DNA of 63,407 bases, counting the filler, from Asterionella formosa (taxonomy: Eukaryota), in NCBI GenBank assembly GCA_002256025.1. It is 12 parts of 12 records of this genome, joined end to end, with 100 filler letters (N's around TTAATTAATTAA, not from the genome) between each part and the next. Parts side by side here need not be neighbours in the genome. Positions count along the whole stretch, not along the records: positions 1 to 5,209 come from NKIB01013172.1; positions 5,310 to 10,513 come from NKIB01013173.1; positions 10,614 to 15,814 come from NKIB01013174.1; 9 more parts are not named here. One strand, written 5' to 3'. This document shows, piece by piece, positions 1-11,746 of the stretch; within the stretch, counting starts at the first letter, position 1; each line of letters begins with the position of its first letter. The position numbers and the translations under genes were made by a program. Under the pieces are notes generated by a model, which saw nothing but the letters and a program-made list of their open reading frames with translations, made no database searches and had not been told where the DNA came from.

Positions 1-659
1 AAATCAAAGAAGCTTGAATATGAAAAAGCAAAAATATTTCATACTTTTGTTATGAAAGGAATGTTCCTATGTAAGCGAGGAAGACAGGACATTCAACCAG
101 GAATTGCATTTCTGGCAACCCGAACTACTGAACCAAATGAAGGAGATTGGGTAAAATTAGTCAAGATCATGAATTTCTTGAAAGCAACTCAGAACGAGGT
201 TGCATCTATGAGTGCTGATGACACTCAGAGCATTAAATGGTACGTTGATGCGGCGTTTGCAGTGCACAAAGATTTTAAAAGTCACACAGGAGCTACAATG
301 TCACTTGGAAACGGAATTATTTGTTCTATGTCCACGAAACAGAAAGTGAACACTAGAAGTTCGACTGAAGCAGAATTGGTTGGTGTCGATGACATCATAT
401 CAAAGGTGTTGTGGACGAAATTATTTATTGAAGCACAAGGACACAAGCAATGAAGCTAGAAGCAAATGGAAAAGCAAGTTCAGGAAAACGCACGCGACAT
501 TTCAACATCAAATATTTTTATATTACTGATCTTATTGAAAGAAAGGAAGTACAAATCAAGTACTGTCCATCGGATGCAATGTTAGCAGACTACATGACGA
601 AACCACTGGTTGGAACGAAATTTATTCATTTTCGTCAGCAAATTATGAATTCAAAGTGA
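1..659 (+). mobile_element. Ty1/Copia pol 3' end (end of RT plus RNase H), with an internal deletion/frameshift near 450
   Basis: Copia RNase H motifs WYVDAAFAVHKDFKSHTG, STKQKVNTRSSTEAELVG, KRTRHFNIKY and ADYMTKPL. The usual QDN segment is missing at the 450-453 junction. Confidence 0.93.
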
Positions 660-681
660 GCATCCGTGTCCAGCAGGAGTG

Positions 682-875
682 TGTTGGAGAAAATATTTTA
701 GGAAAGAAAATCCCGGTATAAATTACCTACTACATATTGAATCGAATGAATCAAGAAAGAATATGGTACCAGAGAATTCGAAAACAATCTACGCCAACAG
801 TAAAAACCCATAATTCTATTAAAACTCTTAGGAACGATTACAATCGATCACGGAGACATCGTTGTTATATCTACA
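682..875 (+). repeat. Probable 3' LTR of the Copia element
   Basis: Purine tract CAGCAGGAGTG just after the pol stop, followed by TGTTGG. Tentative end at ...CTACA 875. Confidence 0.55.
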
Positions 876-1179
876 GCCTATTTGGTCCCTGACGTGTCCT
901 TACAGGATACAAGAAAGCATAGAGTGCTTCGGGACGCAATTTCAACAGCTGCAAATTGGGATTTCGAGAGTTTTACGGTTTTTTTTCTCCATGTACGAAA
1001 TCCAAATTGGGATTTTTGCAACACCAATTTGGGTCCAAATTGGTCGCAATTGCTACCAATTGGGGAACATTCGCCTCGATTTGGCGCCAAATTGGGGTCA
1101 GAAGTTCCACGGTCAACCAAACAAATTTCTGGGATGTCAATTTTTTTGCCCCCAATCCACCTCCTCCATCAATTTGATT

Positions 1180-2362
1180 GATTTTTCCTTCTTCGCCTTT
1201 CCATGTAAATATAAATCCTCATTTCGAGTAATCCAACTCTTTATAGCCATATCCCATAAACTTGAAATTAGCTACTCTCACACTGCACCTGTCCGCCTAA
1301 CCCCTATCATTAACTCCCTTCTCTTTGCTATGCATAACGGTTGCTACTACCCACAATTTGCTCACTTTCCCTTTGAACACCCGGTCCCACCCAATAGCAA
1401 TATGATTCAAGTAAGTCTCAAACTTCAAACTCCTTACTGCATCTGACAAAGCAATGTGGAATAGGTCCTTCCCAACGAGAAATCCTGTTACCTAGTACTA
1501 GCCGTTGTTTGAGACCCTCTTTCAATTTGGTAGCCACAAAAGGACTTGCGCCTGGTCGCATAGTAGCCAACTCAATAACATGTTTCAGGAACTCATCTCG
1601 CGCTGATTCAGTTGCTGGGCAAGTAATCACATGATTGATGTCTTCATTAAGGTGGTTGTGACCTATGGTACAGTATGTACCAGCACGCTAGATATACTAT
1701 ATCATTAGATGGTATATGTCCTATATAACGTTAACCTTATAGGCTCTTCTATACAGACCATATACTTGTTTACTCTCACTGTAGAGATTTACAGAATACA
1801 CACTGTGTATTTTTACCATATCAACCATAAGTGAAAGGTGTACCCTTTTACATTACGCACACGACTACCATGGAACCCATACATAGTACATATACATGTA
1901 CACGACAGAGATCATGATTAGTACGTGATGCTATACACACGGTTACTAGTATGAAGCTCGTAGTACACATTGCATTATTATGTACCCACAGCTTTATGTT
2001 GCTTACGAGATAACTATTGGTACAGATGTATCTATAGACGTACCAATGCTAGGCTAAAACATGACACCTAGCATGGACTCTTGACACCTAGTAGTACATA
2101 CCCTTCTCATCAAGACCATTGTGAGTCCCCTTGGACTAGGAGCTAATATACATACACTAATCATTAAGCTCATGTATACCCAGAACCTACTTTTAAATCC
2201 TGACAACAGTAGGGCAGTTTTCACCGAAAATATCTGTTATCCACACTCTTGTCATATTTACTCCGGTGTCGAAATGTTGCCAATAAATTGAGTTCCAATT
2301 TAAATACCATCATTTTCCGTGATCCTTTAAGTGTTTTGCGTGCCTCACTTCTAGCTTCCCAA
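1180..2362 (-). mobile_element. Non-LTR retrotransposon (LINE) ORF2 C-terminal remnant, interrupted by an insertion
   Basis: Minus-strand translation WEARSEARKTLK..KLELNLLAT..DNRYFR*KL / NEDINHVITCP .. IGWDRVFKGKVSKLW .. WITRNEDLYLH. This fits a degenerate CCHC zinc finger and the WxxRN motif of L1-like ORF2 ends. Confidence 0.6.
1654..2208. repeat. Solo-LTR-like insertion (about 555 bp) inside the LINE zinc finger
   Basis: Ends GGTTGTGACC...CCTGACAACA form a near-inverted TGTTGT/ACAACA pair. The LINE reading frame resumes on both sides. No clean TSD. Confidence 0.5.
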
Positions 2363-2384
2363 GGACTACATGAAAAAGACAGTT

Positions 2385-2446
2385 AGAGAATGCAGGAATC
2401 GAACCCGCCACCTCAAAAGGTGTGGTAACCAACTAAGCCATTCCCC
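2385..2446 (-). ncRNA. tRNA-derived element (SINE head or tRNA pseudogene), copy 1
   Basis: Minus strand has A box TGGCTTAGTTGG, B box GGTTCGATTCC, acceptor-like stem GGGGAAT/ATTCTCT and a downstream T run. Only about 62 nt long. Confidence 0.65.
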
Positions 2447-3109
2447 TGGATGAGGGTGGCTTACTGGTTCACACAGCATCCTGAATTAGTACTTATCATC
2501 CAAAACTTTTCAAAATTAGACCTATTGCAAAGACCTTATCCATCATCACCTTGAATGAAGGGGAGTAATGATGGAAAATACAGCTACCCAAAATTTCTAG
2601 ATTCATTACTACGGACAACAGACAGGCCAAGCAGCATACCAATATATTTTGATACCACTGAATTTGCATCATGTAATTCTTCAGCTGGCCTGACACATGT
2701 GAAGGGATTATCAATGGTTGCACTTAGATAAGCATCAATCATAATTTAGGAAAAAACATGCAAATTATCCTTTTTATCCGGTGCCTTCAAGGACTTTATC
2801 ATCACAATTACAATGTTCTCTGGGTAGGTGCACTACCCTGATTGCGTTCCCTTTGCTATACATGATAAAAGAGTTTTTATTATTTGACTCAATCATGAAC
2901 AACTATGACTTTGAATTTTCACACGTTTATGATGAAAAATGTTTATTATATTTTTATAGTGCATTGAAGCTATCCAAAAATTGCACTCATGCCCACTTGA
3001 ATGGACACAATTAGTACCGGTTTTCTTCACCCATGCAGTACAATAGGACCTGTCTCATTGTCAGTCTCACCCCTCAGAACCCAAGGGCCAACATAAAAGA
3101 AAGACAGGT

Positions 3110-3171
3110 GGAGAATGTAGGAATTGAACCTGCCAGGTCATGAGGTGTGCTAACCAATTAAGCCATTCCTC
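3110..3171 (-). ncRNA. tRNA-derived element, copy 2
   Basis: A box TGGCTTAATTGG, B box GGTTCAATTCC, CTCATGA loop, and the same CTGTCTTT tail as copy 1. Confidence 0.6.
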
Positions 3172-3411
3172 ATTTCCACAATTTTATGATGACCATTATA
3201 GATCATTGAGATAATTTTCACATAGCCATACTATGCTGGACAATAATCCTAGAAATTTATTTATTCATATGGCCATACATAGCTCTGGGGAAGATTGCCA
3301 TATATTTCTGAAAATCAGTAATATCCCAACCCAAGAACAATGACCTCATTATGAATCCCAGGTTACAGGTAGTAGAAGGAAAGTCTATTATTGTCTCAAC
3401 ACTTGTCAATT

Positions 3412-4557
3412 TTAATTGTTGAGCTCGCCATAGGCCTTCTTCAAACGGGCTCTGAAAGCAAGAATGTTGCGAAGATTTCCATGCTCCAGGCCTTGTAACA
3501 TGATGGTGTCTTCCTCCAATGTTGTCGTCCACTGATCAGTCGACAAGCAACCTTCACCTCCCTTTCGCAACATGTAGGCATCAATTCTATTTTCACTTGG
3601 AACAAATCCATAATTTGCGAAGAGTTCCACTGATGATTCAGCTCCAGATCCATAACAAATAGTGATTTCCTTCCCGGCAACAATTGGCCTTGTGGCTCTA
3701 AGGGAGAACCATGCAGCATCCTGATCGGGATCAATAATGTGAACCTCCGCATTTGCGCTATTGGAGTTATGATTCACTAAGTCCAAGTAAGGAACCATGA
3801 CACACACCGACTTTGCTTGTGTTTTGGCAATCGCGCGACCTGCTTCGTCGAAGGTAGTTTCTCCGTCCGAGTCAGATATTTGAATATTGAAGGATCTTGA
3901 CGAGACCAACCAGGTGGCAAACTGCAAGTCATCCATTGACATGCCGTCCGTTTCAGATGCTACATGAATTATGTTTTGCTTCCGCCGTTTGGCGTATTCG
4001 ATGAGACGAGGAAATTCCAAGAGTTCCAATTCGTCGTCGCTATAAAAGTCTGGGGTTGGATCGAAATTGTCCTGCGTAGGCAACGATTCCAAATACGGCG
4101 CCCAAGTTATACTTCTTTCAGGGTGATTTACATACATATTCAATAAATTCCGGCCTGAATGTGCCAACGTTGGAACATCGTCGCTCGTTTCGGCCGGATC
4201 ACTTAGAGCCAACGCCAGATCTGACGGAATCTTGCAGAGGATATCACCCTTCTTAAAGGACTGTGTTGCATACATGCCTCGGATGCCAGTCTCCAAACAA
4301 GATCCAATTTCAGTCCCACTGCCAGATCCTATTCCTTCGCTTTGAAAGGAGGTAAGGAACTGGATGAGACCGGATACGGACTCGTCGACCTTGTGAAGAA
4401 CTGCAACAGGATGCTTGATGGCGCCAAAGCCTCCCCCACCTTTCCCTTTGTTGCGATCATTCGTCACTTTTGTCTTTTTGGAGGCTTTGGAGGACGAAAT
4501 GGGAAAGCCTTGTGCTGTCAAGAGCAGCAGGGCCAAGCAAAGGAAAGAGCGAGCCAT
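3412..4557 (-). CDS. Plastid-targeted SET-domain lysine methyltransferase (Rubisco LSMT/SETD3-like)
   Basis: Intact 381-aa ORF with SET motifs RGMYAT, PYLDLVNHN and ITICYG..ELFANYGF. Signal peptide ends in AQG|FP (ASAFAP-type), followed by a Ser/Lys-rich transit peptide. Confidence 0.9.
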   Translation of the reverse strand: MARSFLCLALLLLTAQGFPISSSKASKKTKVTNDRNKGKGGGGFGAIKHPVAVLHKVDESVSGLIQFLTSFQSEGIGSGSGTEIGSCLETGIRGMYATQSFKKGDILCKIPSDLALALSDPAETSDDVPTLAHSGRNLLNMYVNHPERSITWAPYLESLPTQDNFDPTPDFYSDDELELLEFPRLIEYAKRRKQNIIHVASETDGMSMDDLQFATWLVSSRSFNIQISDSDGETTFDEAGRAIAKTQAKSVCVMVPYLDLVNHNSNSANAEVHIIDPDQDAAWFSLRATRPIVAGKEITICYGSGAESSVELFANYGFVPSENRIDAYMLRKGGEGCLSTDQWTTTLEEDTIMLQGLEHGNLRNILAFRARLKKAYGELNN

Positions 4558-4819
4558 AATAAATCTTCTGGTGATAAACGCGATACCGAAGCTCTTTGTT
4601 GTTGATAGAAGTCAACAAGAATCCATAAAACATTCCGTTATATCGTGCTTATAAATTTCATGAAATAAAAAAACTAGAGGTTATTATTATATTCAAACCA
4701 CGCGTCGCTATTCATTTTGTGTCCCAAGTCTGGATGTGTTAAAATAACCAACCCCCAACTCTCTCATGATATGTAAGGCTGGATGTAATTTTGGGGCCAC
4801 CGGGTAGAGCCTGTAGGCT

Positions 4820-5198
4820 TGTCAAGAATATAGCATCAATGGCTATAATGAGTCACAAGGACTGTGGACTCGACTATAGTCCAATGAGTCAAATGGTGCG
4901 TTCCCATGTCAAGAAGCTTGCTAACGAGATTGATGTCTTAGATCAATCAGAAGAAGGTTTACATCAACGAAAAGGGAACACGAAGAACAGGTTCTCGAAG
5001 TGTGATGAATGGGATTGAAACTTAGTTTTAGTTTAATCTTATAATTAAGAAACCGTGAGAATTGACAGAGTAAGGTCAATAGCGAAAACTAGCACGAAGG
5101 CTAGCAGCAGAAAGAAGATAACAATACTAGTGGTATAGCAGGTAAGTTCTACGTAAGAGGAACCCGTCAGACGGGAAGGAGTACGAGACCTTTCAACA
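4820..5198 (+). repeat. Copia 5' LTR (family A), followed by the start of the internal region at the contig end
   Basis: TGTCAAG...TTTCAACA. Highly similar to 11294-11683 and homologous to the 3' LTR at 6589-6993. Confidence 0.88.
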
Positions 5199-5209
5199 CG
5201 CTTTAAAGC

Positions 5210-5309
5210 NNNNNNNNNNNNNNNNNNNNNNNNNNNNNNNNNNNNNNNNNNNNTTAATTAATTAANNNNNNNNNNNNNNNNNNNNNNNNNNNNNNNNNNN
5301 NNNNNNNNN
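5210..5309. other. Artificial contig linker (also 10514-10613, 15815-15914, 21118-21217, 26415-26514, 31710-31809, 37003-37102, 42292-42391, 47577-47676, 52860-52959, 58134-58233)
   Basis: Identical N44-TTAATTAATTAA-N44 structure with stop codons in all six frames, at regular spacing. Confidence 0.98.
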
Positions 5310-5504
5310 TACCTCGAGACCCCAAAAATTGCATCCAGCCATGCCAACAGACTACAGACTAAATAATTATATATAATAGTTAGTAACTCCACTACCGGTA
5401 TTTCAAAAATGATCCTAACTATTACCGATAGGGTACCTGGTACATTAAATCCAGAACGAAGGATATGCGGTTTTTCAGTTTGGCCAGAAAAGACTAATTT
5501 TGGA

Positions 5505-5675
5505 GACTTCAGGAAATTCCATCCATTTCCTGAAATTTCCTTACGCGTTTCCTTTCGTTTCCTGACATTTCCTGAAGTTTCCTCAAGTTTCCTGAAAGTC
5601 ATAGTCATTTCCTGAAATTTATAGGAATTTCCTGAAAGTCATAGCTAATGCTTCCTGAATGTCATAGTCATATGC
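5505..5675. repeat. Cluster of short TTTCCTGAA repeats, possibly DNA-transposon subterminal repeats
   Basis: About nine TTCCTGA(A)-like motifs, mostly direct with some inverted, and some followed by GTCATAG. Confidence 0.6.
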
Positions 5676-6588
5676 AGTTTGTTCTCATTTTTGCAATTAG
5701 AAGAATTCCGCCATTTATTTCGCTGAATCGTGCTTTGAATAGAAGATGTTTTTTTCATACGTTATAAAATATGTCGATGTCCGGTAACATGTTGTCCATT
5801 TCAGGAAAACGAGATGCGGTCATTTTGCTTAAATAAACAATTCGATATAGGATTAAAAAAAGCTAAATCCTTAGCTCAGCAAAATTACCGCAACTTGCAG
5901 CAGTCGACCCCCGCCAATGAGTGCACACGTCCGGGACTACATATACCGGTAGCGATACATGCACATACGGTTATATTTTTACCGGTAATATGTATGCTCT
6001 CTGCCTACATACCGGTAGAAGAATTATATAATCGCTCATGAATCGACCATGAGAAATTTCCCATTACCATGATAAAATGACTATTAATTTTCGATTTTGT
6101 ACAACTACTTAACACTTTTATAAGTTGCTTAGATAGAATTCATGTTTCGCTAGCAAGTAGGGAAAGAAACGAACACGTAGCTTTGATATTCATTGCGAAA
6201 TAGCTAAAATAGAAAATCGGCGGAAGCAACATGGCGTTCGACCGCAACGACAATATCTCCATGATTTCTTCCCGAATCAAAACCCGAGTAGTTCGTACAT
6301 AACCGTCGTACATCAAGTAGACATATTCTATAATATCAGAAGCTGAAAACAACAATTGGCTTATAATTCGTGATTTATCTGTTTACAATAGGCGTATCAT
6401 CATTGTCATGATGTTACTGGTACCTGGTACCAGTACCAGGTACCAAACCGGCAATCATCATGATGTTCCAAGAACATACATACTGGTACATGCTTGAACA
6501 CATGCTGACATGAAGCCAATTGTACCAGGGTGGTGGTACCAGGTGCCTGGTACCACTGGTACCAGGTACCATTATGAATCGGTAGTTA

Positions 6589-6993
6589 TGTTGAAATGGT
6601 CCGTACTCCTTCCCGCGGGCTGGGTCTCTCTTCACGTAGACTCTTACGTGGTCGTAGTACTACCTAGTACCACTTACTTTCTCTCTTGTCTCTGCTTCTA
6701 GTCTTCCTGCTAGATAGACGCATTGACCTTCCTGTCAATTAACAAACTGTTTCCTTGGTTGATAATCTAAACTCAAATTAAATTATAAGCTAAACTAACT
6801 GTTTCCTTTCCATGCATCTTTGCTTCCCGCAAAGTCATTCTAAGACTCTCTTCGAGTTTCCACTTGACATTTCCATAGAAATCTTCAATCCTTGATCTCG
6901 TTAGACAGCTGATTGACGTGGCAATGCTATACTCGACTCATTCGATTACAATCGAGTCCACAATCCTTGTGACTCGGGCTAATATTCTTGACA
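6589..6993 (-). repeat. Copia 3' LTR (diverged family A)
   Basis: Minus strand has PPT ...AATGGGGAGGA, then TGTCAAGAATA...ATTTCAACA. Confidence 0.88.
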
Positions 6994-9900
6994 TCCTCCC
7001 CATTGCCACGCTCAAGAGGCTGTAACATCGTTCCACTCTGAACTGGTTCGGACAATCTCATGTGAATCTGTTCCTTCACGTTCTTTGTCATAATGTCTGC
7101 AATATCATCTTCCTTGATAACCTTTTTCATATACTCCACTGCACTTGGAGTCCCACATACAATACCGTCATCCACGTAATTAACAAGTAGACCATCAATT
7201 TGTCCATCCTTGTTCTGGTGCATAAAAAACATAGGGTCGATCTTGCTCTTCGTCATACCTGGTTTATTGGTGACACATTTCGCAAACGTCTTGGAACAGC
7301 ATCATGGAGTTTGTACTATCCCGTACATAGCCTTCACAAGCTTGCAAACATGTGTATCATAATCAACCCCGATCAAACCCTAGGGCGCCGGGGCTCAATA
7401 TAAATGTCCTCATCGACGTCAGCATTTAGGAATGCTGCTTCCACATCAATAGCCTCCGCTCGCCAACCGTTGTACATCGTTACTGCTAGTACCGTTTTGA
7501 TTGTCGCATCGCTTGCAACTGGAGCAAATGTCTCAGTAAAATCGACACCTGGGATTTGCTCATATCCCTTCTTGACCAATCTTGCCTTGTAAATGGTCTT
7601 CCCCGTTAACACATTTTCTTTAATTCGAAATACCCACCTCGTTTTTACTGTTCGCTTCTAAACAGTGTCACGCTTGACAACTTTCCACACTCCTCTCAAC
7701 TGGAAGTTTTCATATTCTTTGTTGATCGCCTTGATCCACTCTTTCTTGTCTGGTCTTGCCATTGCTTCATCATAGCTTGCTGGTAATCCTGGATCAGAAG
7801 CCAGACTTGCGTTGTACACAAAATTCACCTGTGTATTCTTTATAACTTCCTTCATGTCATCCTCCTCGATAACACTAGTAGGCATCTCAGTATCTCCTGA
7901 AAATTTCACAATTTTCGTACTCGTAGGATTGAACGATGAGTCCAATCTTCGCATTTCATGTGCCAACTTCGCTTGCTTAGACTGAGTACTTTCCGCACGT
8001 TTAGTCTTCACAATTGGGGTATGGGTACCTGTATCTTCATATTTCGTAATACTATCTATCTTAGTTGATTGTTCAGTTTTCCTCCCCAATTCTTGCATGT
8101 CATCATCTTCATCTTCATTATTGGACACTTCTCAACTTTCGAACTTGTCATAAAAATCGTCATGCAATTCTTCATTATCTTCTCGTACTGATAACTCCGT
8201 ATCCTGTTGGTTGGTGACTGGATTAAACATTTTCTCTAGTCCATCCATTGGTGCATTTGTCCCGTGCCACTCACTCCACCTTACGTCACGTGTATTGACC
8301 ACAGTATTTGTCTCGTGATTATATATGCGATATGTATCTTGGGAGTGGTCTTCTGAGTATCCCAAAAAGACACACTTGATGGAACGTGCATCTAATTTCT
8401 TGACACCACCTTCTCTTATAGTAACCCACCAACCAACACGTCCAAATTTCCTGTAGAGCTTGTAGGCCCGCCTTGTATTTGTTTATCCATAGAACACATC
8501 ATCAGGACTCTTCTTAGTCACTGAATTCACTGTATTGTTCGTCAATCTTGTCGCAGTATGTACCGCTTCTGCCCACAATAGCCCCTGATATTCATCTGTA
8601 AACTTCGCACTTAGCTAGCATCTAACTGCTCTCTGACGCAGCACTGTTACAAAACCACATTCCACAACACGATTGCGCTGCGGAGTATGAGGTGCCGTAA
8701 ATTCCATCTTGACACCTTGGTTTTCACATACTTTCTTTAGTTGCTTGGAGTTCTCACCTGCATCATCACATCGGACAAATTTAGTCTTGTGTCCTGCACC
8801 GTCCAGCACGTTTTGTAAGTAACGCTTCCATGACAGTTCCAATGTCACTTTTCTTCTTAAATAAAATAACTCCAGCGTTTCCTTGTATAGGTAATCATCC
8901 ATGGCCATCGCCCAATACTGATTTCCCACAGCGGATTTTGCGTAGGGTCCGCTAATATCAATTAACAGTCTTTCTCCTGGTTTCGTAGCCTTCTCTTGTG
9001 TCATCTTGGGTACTGTGCGTGCTTTCGCCTCGGCTGCTGCGCATCCTGCGCACACCTTTAAATGTCCCACGAGTTTCCACCCAAATAATTTCGATGTCTC
9101 ACGAAGACATTTTTCTCTCGCATGTCCGAGCATTTCATGCGCTTCATTTATTTCCACAATCACATCATTATTTTCGTTCGCGTTTCTTTTCTCGATCGTT
9201 TCACTAATCGCTTTCGTCGTTTTCTTCTTTTCGTCGACTTTCGTCCATTCACTCTTGTATTCTTTATCATAGTCGATAGGTTGTTGTGTTGGCTCCTCGC
9301 TTTCTTGTTCAACCTCCAACACCGTTTCCTTTAGAATAGGCGTTTGTTGCACATGGTACATTGCGCCAATCATCCTCGTTTCATCACGTTTGCAGATCAA
9401 AAATCCGTTGATGTTTCTGATCGTCATCTTACCATTGTCAAACATAACTTTATAGCTATCCCTTGTCAAAAATTCTCGAAATGCTGATGATGTTCTGCTT
9501 GAACTCCGGTGCATAGAGCACATTGGTGGGTTTCAACACTTTTCCTTTTTGTCTGTTGTTGTAAGGGTCACCGTGCCTGATATGGTCTGCGCCGTTTCCC
9601 ACAAGTACTTTTTCACGCACTGCGCGCTTGTCCTCCATGATGCGCTCATCATTGCATATATGTACCATAGCACCACTATCTAGTAACTAGCCAATGGTCC
9701 TTATGCACGAACATATGATTTACCTCTTCGTTGTACCTTGCCTCAATACATGTCACCATGAACATTCCTTGCATACTAGTGGTATTGGCGTCATCTCCCT
9801 TTTGTTTGATTGGTGCATTTTGTTGATTGTTGCACTCACTGGCATAGTGCCTCATCTTCTGGCTATTATAACACTTCAGATTCTTTCTCTTATTTCGTTG

Positions 9901-10513
9901 CTCGGGAGTTAATTTTCTCTTTTCTGTACTAGTATTGCCCTTGCTTCGGCAATCAACTGGCTTGTGATCATACTTGGTGCCACACTTTCTGCAGTCTCCC
10001 TTAAACTTGCTCTTTGAAAAGAAGGCCTGCTCGCCATTCTTATTCATCTTGTTTTTGTCACGCACATACAAATTGTAATAGTTGAGTACATTCTTCTTGA
10101 CCTCATGGATCGTGAGCTCAGAGCTTGCGAGACCAAATTTTCCAACCACCAAACTCTTGTAGACTTCCGGTAGGTTGTTGATAACATGGGCCACATAGGC
10201 GCCATCCGAAATTGTGGAGCTCATACAGCTCAATCATTCTCAAATTCTATCCAACTCCACAAACCAAATGTCAGGGTTCTCATTCTTGTTAATTGTGCAT
10301 TTTGTCCATTGACCTGACAAGGCAATCACATTTGCCATATTACTTGACTCATACATAGACACTAACTTGTCCCACACTTCCTTTGCATTTCCATTGGGGA
10401 ACTCTGCACTTCTGGCACCATTTATGTATCCAAATGGTCCACTCTGACATGCCACAATCAAACTTGCATCACCCTGTCCCTATTGCACACTGGATATGTC
10501 GCTTGATTAGCAC
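6994..10513 (-). mobile_element. Degenerate Ty1/Copia gag-pol (gag, two Zn knuckles, protease, integrase, RT, mostly deleted RNase H)
   Basis: AKEVWDKL; CRKCGTKYDHKPVDC; LDSGA (frameshifted); HEMLGH..CAGC; IDISGP..RCDDAGE..TAPHTPQRN; YKARLVKKGYEQIPGVDF; IDVEAAFLNA; YVDD; ADIMTK. The order IN before RT is diagnostic of Copia. Many stops and frameshifts. Confidence 0.95.
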
Positions 10514-10613
10514 NNNNNNNNNNNNNNNNNNNNNNNNNNNNNNNNNNNNNNNNNNNNTTAATTAATTAANNNNNNNNNNNNNNNNNNNNNNNNNNNNNNN
10601 NNNNNNNNNNNNN

Positions 10614-10797
10614 CAGCAGCCATGACAATACCAAGGAAACCATTGGCACCACCACCACTGGTACAGTGGACAGAGCGAGCGTTGGCGTAATTTTCCTTGC
10701 AAAGGCGGGTTACAGTGAGGGCTGTAGGTTTTCCCTTGATCGGCGTCAAGAGCGGATGAGGGAATGGGAAAACAGCAGAAACGAGTGGAGTTGCCAT
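10614..10797 (-). mobile_element. N-terminus of a diatom CoDi-type Copia gag (family B), cut by the contig edge
   Basis: FPHPLLTPIKGKPT..KENYANARSVHCTSGGGANGFLGIVM resembles the gag start of diatom Copia elements. A LTR lies upstream. Confidence 0.75.
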
Positions 10798-10951
10798 GTT
10801 GGAAGAAGGCCCAAAAGACCACAGGGAAAGCAAACAGGGCGGCAAGCGGTGTTGCACAGTCGTGTGTCAAAAATAGTGCTGGTTTGCACCACCGACAAGA
10901 GCCACAACGTCACAGGTGCAGACGAAGGAGAGAGAACAGATATTGTACTTC

Positions 10952-11153
10952 TGTTGAGGGGAACCTCATTGTGAATAAAGGTGAACTACAATAATATGAC
11001 TATTCTATTGCTGTTTCGAGTACATTGTTGTTTGCACTCATTCATGTTCCTAATCTGGTGGCTGCGCCGGTAGGGTTCGTACGGCGCATGTATGGAGAAT
11101 CATATTCAGATATTAACAACTTGTTCGACATTTATGCAGGTGAGACATCAACA
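10952..11153 (-). repeat. 5' LTR of Copia family B
   Basis: Perfect TGTTGA...TCAACA terminal inverted repeats, about 155 bp upstream of the gag ATG. Confidence 0.65.
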
Positions 11154-11293
11154 GCCTACATACAATGAATTCTACACACAAGTGTATCACAGGACGGAAT
11201 CCAGAATCCGTTCGTATGCCATACTTGATGTCGAAATACGGCAACAAATGATAAAAACACAATCATGCATGGATTTGCACGGTCCATTCGTTA

Positions 11294-11746
11294 TGTCAAG
11301 AATATAGCATCAATGGCAATAATGAGGAGTCACAAGGACTGTGGACTCAACTATAGTCCAATGAGTCAAATGGTGCGTTCCCATGTCAAGAAGCTTGCTA
11401 ATGAGATTGATGTCTTAGATCAATCAGAAGAAGGCTTACATCAACAAAAAGGGAACACGAAGAACAGGTTCTCGAAGTGTGATGAATGGGATTGAAACTT
11501 ATTTTTTAGTTTAGGCTTATAATTATTAAGAAACAGTGAGAATTGACAGAGTAAGGACAATAGCGAAAACTAGTACAAAGAAGGCTAGCAGCAGAAAGAA
11601 GATAACAATACTAGTGGTACAACAGGTAAGACCTACGTAAGAGGATTCTCGTCAGACGGGAAGGAGTATGAGACCTTTTAACACGCTTTAAAGCGAAGCT
11701 TTGAGGCCACAGGCTACTCAGGAACGATGGGAAGTGACGAAGACGT
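11294..11746 (+). mobile_element. Copia family A 5' LTR (11294-11683) with a short truncated leader
   Basis: Highly similar to 4820-5209, including the CGCTTTAAAGC sequence after the LTR. Confidence 0.88.

Noticed and set aside
862..1181. Several overlapping ORFs on both strands
   Set aside because: They arise from CCAA(A)TTGG-rich palindromic non-coding repeats and show no recognisable protein features.
4791..5018. Repeated small ORF (VKNIASMAIM..), also at 11265-11495
   Set aside because: It is a chance reading frame through LTR sequence and starts outside the LTR.
10240..10797. Apparent continuous Copia gag across the 10514-10613 linker
   Set aside because: The two sides have different gag types and unrelated LTRs (TGTCAAG versus TGTTGA), so they are separate elements.
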